Below, in pieces: positions 41,529 to 53,210 of a stretch of DNA of 64,000 nucleotides. A model generated the notes under the pieces. The model was not told the DNA's origin and did no database searches. It was given only the letters and a program-made list of their open reading frames with translations. The position numbers and the translations under genes are program-made. The number at the start of each line of letters is the position of its first letter. The first letter of the stretch is position 1. This DNA is from Lama guanicoe (lineage: Eukaryota): the NCBI GenBank assembly GCA_013239625.1, contig MU054122.1:460773-524772 (forward strand). The letters are read 5' to 3'.

Positions 41529-42100
41529 CAGGGCTCACCCTCAGAGTAAGACTCAAGACCCACACACCATACACTGACATCTTTTAATGCCATAAACTGT
41601 TAGGTCTATATTTAAAGCAAACTTAAAATATCATGATAAGTATACCTTCATAATGACCTGGAAGGCCATGTCTGAATTTAGAATTCTCTCTTTGGAATAT
41701 CATGCCAGTACACTCCAGCAGAAGAAAAGCTGCCCCCTGGCTCCCTTCTGTTTTATTGGCCGTCCTGTACCAGGAGGGGTCTCATGAACAGTTGTGTGGA
41801 TATTCGAGCCCACATAATCCAGCTTCATCCATCCTCCTTAACAACCAGCTGCCCCTTGGCTACCCCTGATCTCAGGGATGTGTACACCATTGACACAGCT
41901 AACCCTCAGAACAGACCTATGCAGTCCCCAGATGGGTGCTCAGCACTGTATGGATAGCCAATTCCGTGATCCCAGGTTCCAGAATGTGATTTAGAAGGGG
42001 GTCCTGTTGGGGGGGCGGTTATCAGCAGAGAGCTGGAATGGCACCCTCTAAAATGTGGCCCAGAGCAGAAGCCCCTCTTGGCTGGGCATAAGGGTAGTCT
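41529..42100. mobile_element. Possible hAT-Tip100 (MER115/Zaphod-like) element
   Basis: Termini caggg... and ...gcccctcttggctgggcataagggtagtctg resemble the recalled consensus ends. Confidence 0.4.
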
Positions 42101-44103
42101 GTTACATACAAACACATAAATGCCTATTAATTAGGTCAGTTAGATGAATGGTCCCCTGCTCTGTCAAATCTGGAGAATTATTTTGACCCAATTTGAACCA
42201 GAACTTTAAATTATAGGGTAAACGTAGGTGGATGAACAAATTAACATCAGCTACAGACAATACAAATGTAGAAATAGCTCTCAAAACGATGAACAGAATC
42301 ATCAAAACCAATGAACCTAAAGACAAAACCAGCTTTGAATATTTTGCTTAGGTACCAGTGGATAACTACTTTAGAACTTAGCTCAAATGGAGCTAAAATG
42401 CACAGAAGATTTTATTTTTACTTAGGGAGGTGTTTATTACTCATCTTGATAAATGTAACCACCATATGATACTGAGGGACCTAAATATATCCAGGTCATA
42501 CACATTCAAAGCCAACTGATTTAGTTACTGCAAATACTTCTTGCAGTAGTTATGACAAATTAACTACAGTTAATTAGTCTTACTATATTAACCACAGTTA
42601 ATGTTCTGTGTAGTTCAGTAGAAGCATGGGCTTGAGTTCAAATCCTGGCCTTTTTTATTAACTGGATGATTTTTAAGCAATTCACTTAACCTCTCTGATC
42701 TATAATGTCCATATGAATAAATGATGACTAAGAGCATTTTTCTGAGCACTAAAATAAGCACTTGAAAGAACTTTTATACTCATAATTAGCAAAGGGCTTA
42801 ATAAGCAAAGTCAAGTCAGTTGTTATTAATACTAACACTGATAAACAGCTGGAAAACACCGCCCGGGCTGACTAACCCTCCAGCAAGTGGGGCTCTCGGG
42901 TAACTGACAACCTGGTCAAATGAGAAGTTGCTGGAGTCTCAGTTTTCCAGGAGACCTGCACATGTGCAGTCAGAAGTACAGGTCTGATGGTGTCAAACCA
43001 GGATCTGTTGGGCCCCGTGTTTCCATGGTGATGCTACAGTGGTTGTGAGGATGGGGGGGGGGACCCAATAGCTGAACCTGTAACCATGACGATACTGAAG
43101 CCAGGCGAGGCTCTGCTCAAGGCATGCTGCATTCACTCACTAGATGTGGGGAAAATCGGGGGTGAAACAAGTGTTGCAGGCACCCCACCCCTGAGCCCTC
43201 CTGAACTGGCTCTGCCGGACAATTGGATGACAGAGTCGGGCTGACACGGGAGAGGATGAGGGAATAAAGACCCTCTGTGACCATCAAGTCAACTCTGGGT
43301 GTGGAAAGACTTAAAGTTGGAGTCCTCAAGGAAGCGGCCAAATTTTACGCTCATCCCCTGGAGCTGAAATATTTTATATAGTGTCAGTGTCAATTTCAGA
43401 TTCTATTAAAGTTTCTCATTTCCCTTTTCCCCCCACTGACCTCAGAGTCTCTCATTTTAGTGAGAAGGACAACTAACAGCCTGGCTTTATCATCACATTT
43501 CCTGCTAGAGATTGTCAGAATGTGACCTACAAACATACCACTATTAGTATGTAAGAGAACCGAACAGAGCCTCACCAATTCATTGCATCTATTGAAAGGT
43601 GATGAGAAATGAGTGAAGGGGCTGAGTTACTCAAAGTATTTTAAGAAAAGCAGCTTCTACACTATTTTCTGGTACATAGAGCAACATACATAAGACTAAA
43701 AAGACTCAGATGATTTTTCCAAGTATTTAATGAAGACAGAGATGACCTCAGATTTTCCTGGGTAAAATGCTTACGTGCAGATACATAATTCTAAACACTT
43801 GCAAAGCATTCACCGATGCATGATTTCTCTTTAAAAACACACATCATACTAAGTGTATTTTTTTATACTAAGCATATTTTAAATGATTTTGAGAAAGCCA
43901 TCATTTGTGTATTAACTTATCTTTTTTCTCACAACTCCCTCTTCAATTATTTCAAATTATGAATACATGTGGGATTGAAAAGACGTTCTAATGTACTTGT
44001 AAGACATTCTTTCTCCTTGCTTATTAATTTAGCATTTTACAACATCTTCCAAAAAGCTTTCACAGCATGTGCTAAATCAAAGTACTAATAAATGCATACT
44101 TAC

Positions 44104-44282
44104 ATGGTATATAAGAGGCCATGGTTATAAGAAGAAAATAATAGTAGTCAAAGGAGACATTGTATTTATTAGGAAGTCTTATTGAGAACATTCCTGTTTT
44201 CTTCACATAGGGTAAGGCAGCGTGTATCGTAAGAAGTTCACCAACAACTCCGACAGGGTATAAGATGATAAAAAAATTGTAT
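44104..44282 (-). CDS. HACD1: HACD1 exon 6, containing the catalytic Tyr-x6-Glu motif
   Basis: ttctccag|A TAC AAT... = [59 protein letters not shown]|gtaagt; 179 nt; Y210/E217 in 288-aa numbering. Confidence 0.97.
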
Positions 44283-47200
44283 CTGGAGAAAGAAAAACCT
44301 CAATTATTTTCTAGAATAATTGTTGGATTTTATATCATGCCTTTTTTGCTACTATATTTAAACTTAAAAATTCTCCTTCCTATATATATTTACTTACAAT
44401 AATTTCACATAAGGTTACTTTTCTTCTACTTTAATCTTTTGCTTATTAATTTATCACACTTTTTTCTCACAGCAGTTTCCATTTTAAACAGCAGTATCTT
44501 AATACAGTAAGAAGTCAACTCACTTCACAGACTGAAATAACTGTACATTTAAAATGTATATGCAGTTTAAGTACTGTAAAGTATACAAGTATTATAAACA
44601 TATTATATTGTAAAGTAAATGCAAGTGTTGTAAGGTATTGTAAAGGTAACTTCTTTGACACCTGGGCTCACACTGATTTTTCTCCCTGCAGCTAGTCATC
44701 TGTAGATTAAACACTGTGCTTTAAAAGACTAGTTATGATCCTAACTTTATACCAAAATCTTGAAATTGACAAGCTAGTTCTTTGGAGCCATTTGGAAAAT
44801 GCTTTCTGGTTACTAATTAAAAGAGTGACTATTTTAGAAAACTGATAAAATCACCTGAAGCATCAGTAACTACTAATGAAGATATCTGTCTAAAACTGCT
44901 TTCATGATGAAACAAAGAAGACAGACTGTGTCCTAAAATCCCACATCAAAGGAATAGTTAGCTTGCTTGAGAGAGAGCTGAGAAAATTCTGCTCAAAATC
45001 CAATCACAATGTGTTCATTTGGGACTGTGGATCATTCTCTAACAGAGTGGGCCAGGCATCCCTGACGCCTACAGTTAGGGGAACACTGCAGATGCCTGTA
45101 CTGGTGTCCAGCAGGAGAGCCGCCAGCATCCAGCCAGGGCAGCCACAGTTCTCCAACAAAGAAAATCAGTTTTCTCCAAGTCAGTCACTATATAATGGTA
45201 ACCACGGAAAATTAAGGTCAAAACTTTGGTGGCGAAAGAAAGAAATCAAATCGACCTGTGTTGTATTTAATCATTTGGTTGTGATTAAGACATATTTGTA
45301 AAGAAAAGTCCAATGTGTCAGGATGGCAGAGCCTGGAGACAACTTAAAAATCACAGTATTCCTATACACCAAGAATATGTAAGGATAAGAGATGATGAGG
45401 GGGCAGAATTATCTGCCAAAATAGATTAACTGGCAGAGAAAGGAGAAGGACCCCCTTACTGTCCCCATGTACCCACTCTTGGCTTTGTGTTTGGCACCTG
45501 CTTCCTCACCAGTCTTGTCTAGTTATCTGTATATCATTTAAATCAATCTTTTCCAAACTCGATTTCCCAGCTCAATTTAAAATTCCATAACTGAACATTT
45601 TATATTCCCTTCTCAAGTAAAACATTTAAACTTATTAAGTGTTCTTTTAACTTTGTGACTCTCTGATTTTTTGTTTTTGTAGGATTGTTCTTTAATCAGA
45701 AAAAAAAATCACTCAGAATAAACTAGGTTAAAGCCTAAAAGATGGTGATTACTTTTAATGAAATGGGAACGATAAATATTCCCATTATGTAATTTATTAT
45801 ATGCACCACGTAATACACTGACTTTATTTGCACTTTAAAAAGGCTGTATGTCACCAACTTTCTAAGCTTTGATGCAGCACGAGAGATTTAACTACCTACT
45901 CAGAAAAAGATATGTTTCCTTACAGATTCCTGTCACTGAAAATTTTTTGAAGGGAGCGCATTTTTTGAAACTAAAATGGAAACCCATATGAAAACATAAC
46001 TATATACAATTATCTATTCAGTGGGCTTTTCTAGGGACACTTCTAACACATGAATAGACTCAAAGTATTTTCAAAGCATCACAGTAGGGCAACTACTTAT
46101 AAATAAGAAGCCATTTTTAATGTGAAGTTTAGTTTGAGAATAGCATTTGAACATAAGTACTTATGTTATCTGAGGTTGTTTAATAGGGTTGGTAAATATA
46201 TAGAGAGATCGTTGAGATTTTTAAGATTTTTGACATGAAATATAATTATTCATGAATATTTCTGACTGATACGATGTATTATGTTAACAACACATGCCAT
46301 TTCAAAGCTGAAAGATTTTTTAGTAACATTTTTAACATTAAGGTAGGTGACAAAGAATTTCTAACACAAATCTAAACATGCAGTGGTAGAGTTTTGAACT
46401 TTTCCAGAAATTCAAGACATGCAAATGCATTCTAAAAGGCAGGCAAAGTATGAAAGACCATTATCTTCCACAAATTTTATAAATGCAGCACATAAAAGAG
46501 ACTGTATCATGAATTAGTATTTTCGGAGATGCCAGAGGTCTGAAAGACTGAGGTAATGTAAAATGACACTGAGATGCATTCTAGGGTTAGAATCCAGCTA
46601 CATTCCAAACCACCAATCTTGTGAAAGGCCCAAGTGCTCTGAGTGATTAAGTTTCCAGGTACAAGAAAACTAAAACCAACCAAATGCTTATACATGGTGG
46701 GACAAGCTTCTAATGGCAGACAATATGCTTAAGCTCAAATTATAATTTTAAAGCATTTTATTACATCGAAATGGTAAGCCACAAATGTCTAAAATAGCAG
46801 CTTGAGAATATAAAACAGTTTGAAAGAATATAGCATAATTAACAGTGATTATCCTTTGCAGGGGGTAATATAGGTTTTTAAAGGTTTTTTAAAATTTTAA
46901 AAGGTTTTTTCCTTCTTTTTGGTTTATTTATATATACTAATTTACTATATCTGAACATGTATAATATAGGAGTTATAAAAAAAAAGGAACAATTACTTAA
47001 GAAAAAGTTTAGGCTTTTAGGATACGTGGATCAAACACAAGTCTAACACTAGTTATGAATTACCTTCATAAGTTAGCTATGTATTAATATAAATGTCAGA
47101 GTTTAAAAAAAATAACAGAAATACAGAAATAGCACTGTTTTTACTATCATAAAACAGCATTTATTAATATTAGAAAACTGGGAATACTCTAACCTCTAGC

Positions 47201-47608
47201 AACACAGAACTGAGTCAGGCCTGCTATGGAGTATTATGCAGCATTACGCGTTATGAGAGCTGGACTTCAATATACCTGCACTGATTTTAAAAAAGAGCCC
47301 CAACATAAAAACAAAAATCAAGTATCATGTCATCCTACTCATGTTTTTAAAAATTCACATCTGTGTGGTCACATTTTTGTTAAGAAGGAAAATTCTGGAT
47401 GAGCAAACTTGCAACTTTTTCTCTCCCGGGGAAGGGAGTGGGGGTCAGGTAGGAATACAAACAGGAATTTACTGTGTTTATTCTACATACCTCTGGACTG
47501 TTTTTTGAGGGTTTTTTTTCTACAATGAAAATGTATTGTTTTTGTAACTTAACAAAAAATTTAAAGAATGAAAAATATTATTGAACCCTTTTATCCTACC
47601 TATGTGGA

Positions 47609-47618
47609 TCTCTCTCTT

Positions 47619-47660
<42 letters not shown>
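47609..47660. repeat. (CT)n(CA)n compound microsatellite
   Basis: Read directly; lies in HACD1 intron 5. Confidence 0.9.
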
Positions 47661-47662
<2 letters not shown>

Positions 47663-47769
47663 TAAATGTTTATGGGATAGACGTCCCTTCACGCAACTGT
47701 TTCCTTGTACTTCTCACCACCTGGCATTTCTCATACCTGTTGGTTTATTTTTTTTTTTTTGTCTCCTCC

Positions 47770-47893
47770 TTTTTTGTTAGGGGGGCGATTATATTTATTT
47801 TTATTTATTTATTCATTTACTGGTACTGGGGATCGAACCCAGGACCTCATGCATGCTAAGCATGCACTCTACCACTGAGCTATACCCTCCCCC
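47770..47893 (-). mobile_element. Vic-1-like SINE
   Basis: ggggatcgaacccaggacctcatgcatgctaagcatgcactctaccactgagctataccctcccc; TSD tgtctcctcc (47760-47769 / 47894-47903). Confidence 0.85.
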
Positions 47894-48693
47894 TGTCTCC
47901 TCCATCTTGAGAGGACAGAGATGCTGTTGTGTTCACACCCGTAGCTCAGGTGTGCAGTATGCACACAGCATATGTTATTGTTATTATTAGGTTTTTTTTT
48001 ACTATAAATACAATATAGAGAATGGAATGAACAAATCTAGGCTGATATGTGATTTGTTCTCCAAAGAGCAGCCTTGTTTTTATAAAACCTTTGCAAAATA
48101 TAGGCTGCTCAAAGAATGCAAACTTTAAAAAGGATGGAACACCTTCTGTTTTAAAAATTGCTGCTTTAAAAGAGTTATATTTAGAGCCCTAGAAATATAT
48201 TTTTTATCCTCACTCCAAATAACACAATTTCAAGTTAAGTATGACTTTTTAAAATGTCTCCACTACTTAATACATGTAAAAAAAGTTGGCATTGTATAGA
48301 TGATACTAAAAATTGTGGACACCAGATTGGATATTAAAATAATTTAAATCAATTAGACAAAATGCCGTATTTTTGGCACAGGGTTTATTTAATGTGATTC
48401 CAAAAATGTGCATTTTTCTTTCAAAGAAAAATCAATGATCGATTCAGAGGTGATCTCAGAACACTAAGATCATTTGTCTGCCATTGTTTTCACCCAAGAT
48501 ATATATTAATATGCCTCCTCTCTGGTCAATAAATTAAGCCTTTAGAATGCAGGTTATAACACTGCTAGTATCCAAAACAACAGCCTCCTGGCAAGACAGG
48601 GCTAAGACGCAAATTTTAATTCTCTGTGTTAGCTCAGCACACAAAATACACATGCACAGGACTGAGAGCAACCACACTGCAAGACATCGCCAC

Positions 48694-48815
48694 CTGGCCC
48701 ATTTAATGAAGTATGGCAGGTGGTTGAGAAGACTGAATGTGTAGAAGGAATAGCGAGTGATCTCTGTCACCGTCCACGCGACCAGAAAAAGCACCACACT
48801 CTCCTCATTCTGGAT
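48694..48815 (-). CDS. HACD1: HACD1 exon 5
   Basis: ctgcag|ATC CAG AAT... = [41 protein letters not shown]|gtggcg; 122 nt. Confidence 0.96.
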
Positions 48816-49008
48816 CTGCAGAATTACAGAGAAATCCACAGTGTTGTTTAACCTTCAACTTCCTTCTCCATGAAGATATTTTATTTTTATTATTTACTAC
48901 GTACCGTTTATTATAATGGAAAGTTAAGTGTTAGAGCAATACAAAAATAAAACATGATGCAGTCACCATTACGTACTTCTTCATAAACATGCCACTGAAA
49001 TATGCCCT

Positions 49009-49170
49009 TTTTCATATTCTTTTTCATTATAGGTTATTACAAGTTTCCTGTACTTTATAGGAAGTCCTTGTTGTTTATCTATTTTATATATAGTAGTTTG
49101 TACACCAGAAACTAACACAACATTGTAAATAGACTATACTTCAATAAAAAATATAAAATAAAGTAGAAAT
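49009..49170. mobile_element. Short L1 insertion with a 5' inversion (twin-priming structure)
   Basis: Antisense L1 3'UTR piece (49009-~49098) joined to a sense terminal piece plus A-tail (~49099-49170). TSD aaatatgccct (48998-49008) / aaacatgccct (49171-49181). Confidence 0.75.
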
Positions 49171-50464
49171 AAACATGCCCTAAGCACAGGAATGCTCAAA
49201 TTTCTACTGGTTTCTCTCTCTCATCCTTGACTCCAGCCCATAACCCAGCCACCCCAGGACACCATCACCCCCTCAAATCCAGCATGGGAACGGTCTGCCC
49301 TTTGACCGTTCTTAGGCAACTCTCTCTTAGTTGTCAAATCACATCCCACCTGGCCTTAGCACTAACTCCTGAATCTGCCACCCACTCTGGCCCTGCTACC
49401 ACTGTCTGAACTCAGGACCTTATCATCTCCCATGCCCCCAGCCCCCATCACACCTCTTTCTCTCTGGTGACACTAAACTTTGTATTATTTCCAGAATATG
49501 CTCTGAATGTTTGGGTCTTAACACAGGCCACTCCCTCTAATCAGAATGCAGCTCCCTTCATATTTCTCATAGAAAATCCTTTCTCATCTTTAAATATCCA
49601 GCTAAAACATCACACCCCCTAGAAACCTTTTCCCAAACCCCTCCCCTCACCCTGAGCAGTCACTTGGTCACCTGCTGTTCTCACAGTCCTTTGTTCATAT
49701 CTGTATCATAGCACTTGCCAATTTCTATTACCACGTGTCTGCCTAACTCTTGTATCCCTGTCAGTGCTCAGCGAATACATTCCTTCCTCAGGGAAGCCTT
49801 TCTTCACTCCGTAAGTCAGGCCAAGTCCCCCAGGTACTGCAATCCACACTGGTCTCGTTTCAAACCCTAACACTAATATAATCAAACAATTATTTCTGCA
49901 AAAACTTATTTAGCTTCTCTGCTAATTACAGGCTCCATGAGGTGGGAACCATGTTTACAGTATGAATAACCAGATTCCCAGCACGGTGTCGGGCACAGAT
50001 GGGTGCGTGATCCACACTTGTTGAATGACTCAACATCTGTAGGGCTGTCCCCTATTCCCCCGCGGTCAGCACACGTGACAGCTGAGGCTGCCTTATTCAT
50101 TTCGTAAATCCAGAAATAAGCACGGTGCCAGGTGTACAGCGGGCATGTAATAAATGTGGGTTGGATTAATTAAAGGGGGGTGGAAAGGTGCCAATGGGAA
50201 ATCACTGTTGGAGAGAATTAAATAGCGATATTAAGGCAGGGATCTTCTGCAAGATAAAAGAGAGCAGTTGGAACTTTTTGTTTTCTCTTGGGGAAAAGCC
50301 ACCCTTTAGCGTCCCTTGAATTCTTTTCACTAGTGACTGCTGGCCCTCGATCTTGTCCTTCTTCCTCCTCAGTCTTCAGACTGTTTGTGGAACTGGCCCA
50401 CCTATGATACCCATTCACTGTCTGGATCAGTGTCTCTTATTTTATTTCTCTGCTAATTTTGGGC

Positions 50465-50589
50465 TAATGTTTTTATTTTATTTTTTAATTTTTTTGCAGG
50501 GGAGATTGTTAGGTTTACTTATTTATTTGATTGAACCCAGACCTTGTGCATACTAAGCATGCGCTCTACCACTGAGCTGTACCCTCCCC
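50465..50589 (-). mobile_element. Vic-1-like SINE (internally deleted)
   Basis: gattgaacccagaccttgtgcatactaagcatgcgctctaccactgagctgtaccctcccc. Confidence 0.8.
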
Positions 50590-51329
50590 ACTAGGGCTCC
50601 CGCTTTTAAACGACAGGGGATCTGAATCCAGAGGCTGGCTCCCCATGGGGCAGGTGCTCACTGCTATCCATACGGCAGGCACCGGTTAGGGACCAGGTGG
50701 TTGGAGTAAGTTGAGTGAAAGGGCCTAGTCAAGAGGGCTGAGGTGTGGAGCAGGAAGAGGGCAGAAGGTCAGCCATCTGTCCCCACACAGACAGGAGGCC
50801 AGTGAGTCCAGTAGGCAACGGAAGGGAGAGTAGGTATCGCCCCAAGCAGGGAGGACAAGAAAGGCATCTGAGGAATGGAAAGGAGGCCAGAGAGCTGTCC
50901 TCAAGTGGACAGGAGACTCCAGAGGCTGTCCAGAAGGTCAGAAGGGCCCACGTGGGAAATATTTCCATCATGGGTTTAAAAGGCCCAGTGGCCTGACATG
51001 GTTAAGCGCGGCATTTGTTTGGCTAAAAGGGCTTAAGCCACTAATTAGACCCAGGTCTGTCTCCTGTCATGCCTCAATAAATAACCAGCTTATTTTTCTC
51101 TAAGCTCCTTAACCCTTCTAACTTTGAATTCAGTCTGTTCCATTTGTTCAGATTGGCAAAACTACATGAACTCTGTATGTCTCACTCAGTGCTAAATGAG
51201 GAAAAATCAATTGTTTATACTGACAACTTCAGTTACATAATCAAAGAGAATTCACATAATGTCAACACAAAATTTTCAGTTCACTATTTGTCAGGATTAG
51301 GAACATTAATTTTAAAAATTGGAAAGCCC

Positions 51330-51381
51330 TTTGACACAACATTGTAAAATGACTATAACTCAATACAAAAAAATGTAAAAA
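51330..51381 (+). mobile_element. Extremely 5'-truncated L1 (~52 bp)
   Basis: gacacaacattgtaaaatgactataactcaat plus A-tail. TSD aaaaattggaaagccc (51314-51329) / aaaaattggaaaaccc (51382-51397). Confidence 0.75.
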
Positions 51382-51634
51382 AAAAATTGGAAAACCCAAT
51401 AGGAGAGTGGATTATTATGGATCTAAAAATGCCAATGTTTGCTTTCGCTTGTATTTCAATGTCATTCTACAAAACGCACTGAAGTCAATGTACAATCACT
51501 CTTTAAATCCAGACCCAATCCTTCTTTGGCCAAGGGTTCTGCTTCCTGAAAAACAGCAAGGTTAACATTTGGGATTCCTGTTAATAAGAAAGCTCTCTTA
51601 CAGGTTCAAGCAGAGAACGTGCTGAGTCACTTAC

Positions 51635-51723
51635 TGGTTTTATACTGTGAGTGACGAGCCACACCATAAAGATTCTTGAACTCACTTGGACCCCAGCCAC
51701 AAGCACAGAAGTAGGTACAATTC
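51635..51723 (-). CDS. HACD1: HACD1 exon 4
   Basis: ctttaag|GA ATT GTA CCT... = (G)[29 protein letters not shown]|gtaagt; 89 nt. Confidence 0.96.
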
Positions 51724-51800
51724 CTTAAAGAGGAAAACAAGTCAACCACTGTCCCTAAATGCAATCTATGCCAAAAATGAAAGTTAAATCAAAAACTCAC

Positions 51801-51819
51801 CAATTAAACAGTGGACTAT
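51801..51819 (-). CDS. HACD1: HACD1 exon 3 (19-nt micro-exon)
   Basis: ttgcttgcag|ATA GTC CAC TGT TTA ATT G|gtgagt = IVHCLI(G); needed to keep exons 2 and 4 in frame. Confidence 0.95.
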
Positions 51820-52006
51820 CTGCAAGCAAACAAAAAAATAAAAAGCTCACGTCAATAGCAGACAACAAAATCAACTCCTGTCATCACTGGTTTTAAATGA
51901 ATTCATAGGGTGTAAATAGTCACCAAAATAAAATTGATTTTGCTCAACTGATGTATGTTCAAATAAATAGTAAATTGATAGAAAAACACCACCATTGAAA
52001 ACTTAC

Positions 52007-52124
52007 CTCAAGCAAGGCAAATGTCTGGAAAAACTTAAGTGTCTTCTGAATACTTTTATATAAACCTTTGTGTGTTCCTTTTTCCATATAAAAACGTACC
52101 ATGGCAATGCCTAGTACCATCCAC
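52007..52124 (-). CDS. HACD1: HACD1 exon 2
   Basis: ttctctag|G TGG ATG GTA... = [39 protein letters not shown]|gtaagt; 118 nt. Confidence 0.97.
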
Positions 52125-52224
52125 CTAGAGAAAATAGAAGTATTTTATAAAGTTCTATCAAAACGAATTCCACAGATCTTCCTGAAAAGAAATGCCATAA
52201 TTTATATAGTAAGAATGTGTATTT

Positions 52225-52367
52225 TTTAAAATTCTATTTATTTTATTTATTGTTTGAGGGGGGAGGTAATTAGGTTTATTTCGTTTTAGAGGAGGTACTG
52301 GGGATTGAACCCAGGACCTCATGCATGCTAAGCGTGTGCCCTGCCATTTGAGCCATACCCTCCTCCC
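52225..52367 (-). mobile_element. Vic-1-like SINE
   Basis: ggggggaggtaattaggttt..ggaggtactgggattgaacccaggacctcatgcatgctaagc..gagccataccctcc. Confidence 0.85.
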
Positions 52368-52728
52368 AGAACATGTATATTTTATTATGCTCTCAGTTCA
52401 TTACTCTGTTTTAAAAACCCATAGGAAGAAATGACAAACATCATTTTTACATTGACTCTTCAAGGGAATAAACAGAACGTATTGGAGACCAAACTACATA
52501 CAAATGTCAAACAATGCCCATTATATTTTTGGTTTCAGCAAATAAACGGACAGACTGAAGATACAGGTTTCTGTACCAAAATAAAGTTTTTATAAAGCAC
52601 TTCATAATTATATTAAGATTTAAAGTAAAAGTCTGGGCTTATAAATATGTATTTTATGTAAATATACAGTATATAATTATATCTAATTAGAAGTAAAAAT
52701 CTTTCATAACAATCATTAATTAATATTT

Positions 52729-52850
52729 GGGGGGGAGGGTATAGCTCAGAGTAGAGCATGTGCTTAGCATGCATGAGGTCCTGGGTTCAATCCCCAGTAC
52801 CTCCATTTTTTTTTAATAAAATAAGTAAACTTAATTATCTACCCACAAAA
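52729..52850 (+). mobile_element. Vic-1-like SINE
   Basis: ggggagggtatagctcagagtagagcatgtgcttagcatgcatgaggtcctgggttcaatccccagtacctcc..aacttaattatct. Confidence 0.85.
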
Positions 52851-52954
52851 ATTTTTTTTTATAATTTTGACTAAATAGAAACAACTGTGGTGCCACAGAA
52901 GAGACACATATGGAAAGTCAGATGTAAGCCTACTTTTCAAGAGTCTGTTTTAAA

Positions 52955-53210
52955 ACCAGTGGTTACCAATGAGGAGAGGGCAGCGGGGAGGGACAAGACA
53001 GGAGTAGGGAGTTGACGAACTACTGTGTATAAAATAAATAAGCAACAAGGGGATATTGCACAGCACAAAGAAATACAACTATTGTCTTGTAATAACTTTA
53101 AATGGAGTATATTTTATAAAACTACTCAATCACTGTTGTACACCTGAAACTAATATTGTAAATAAACTATACTTCAATTTACTAAAAACAGGTTTTTAAA
53201 AAAAAAAGAA
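52955..53210 (+). mobile_element. L1 3' end
   Basis: gtggttacca..aaaataaataagcaacaagg..cttgtaataactttaaatggagta..tacacctgaaactaata..ctatacttcaat. Confidence 0.75.
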
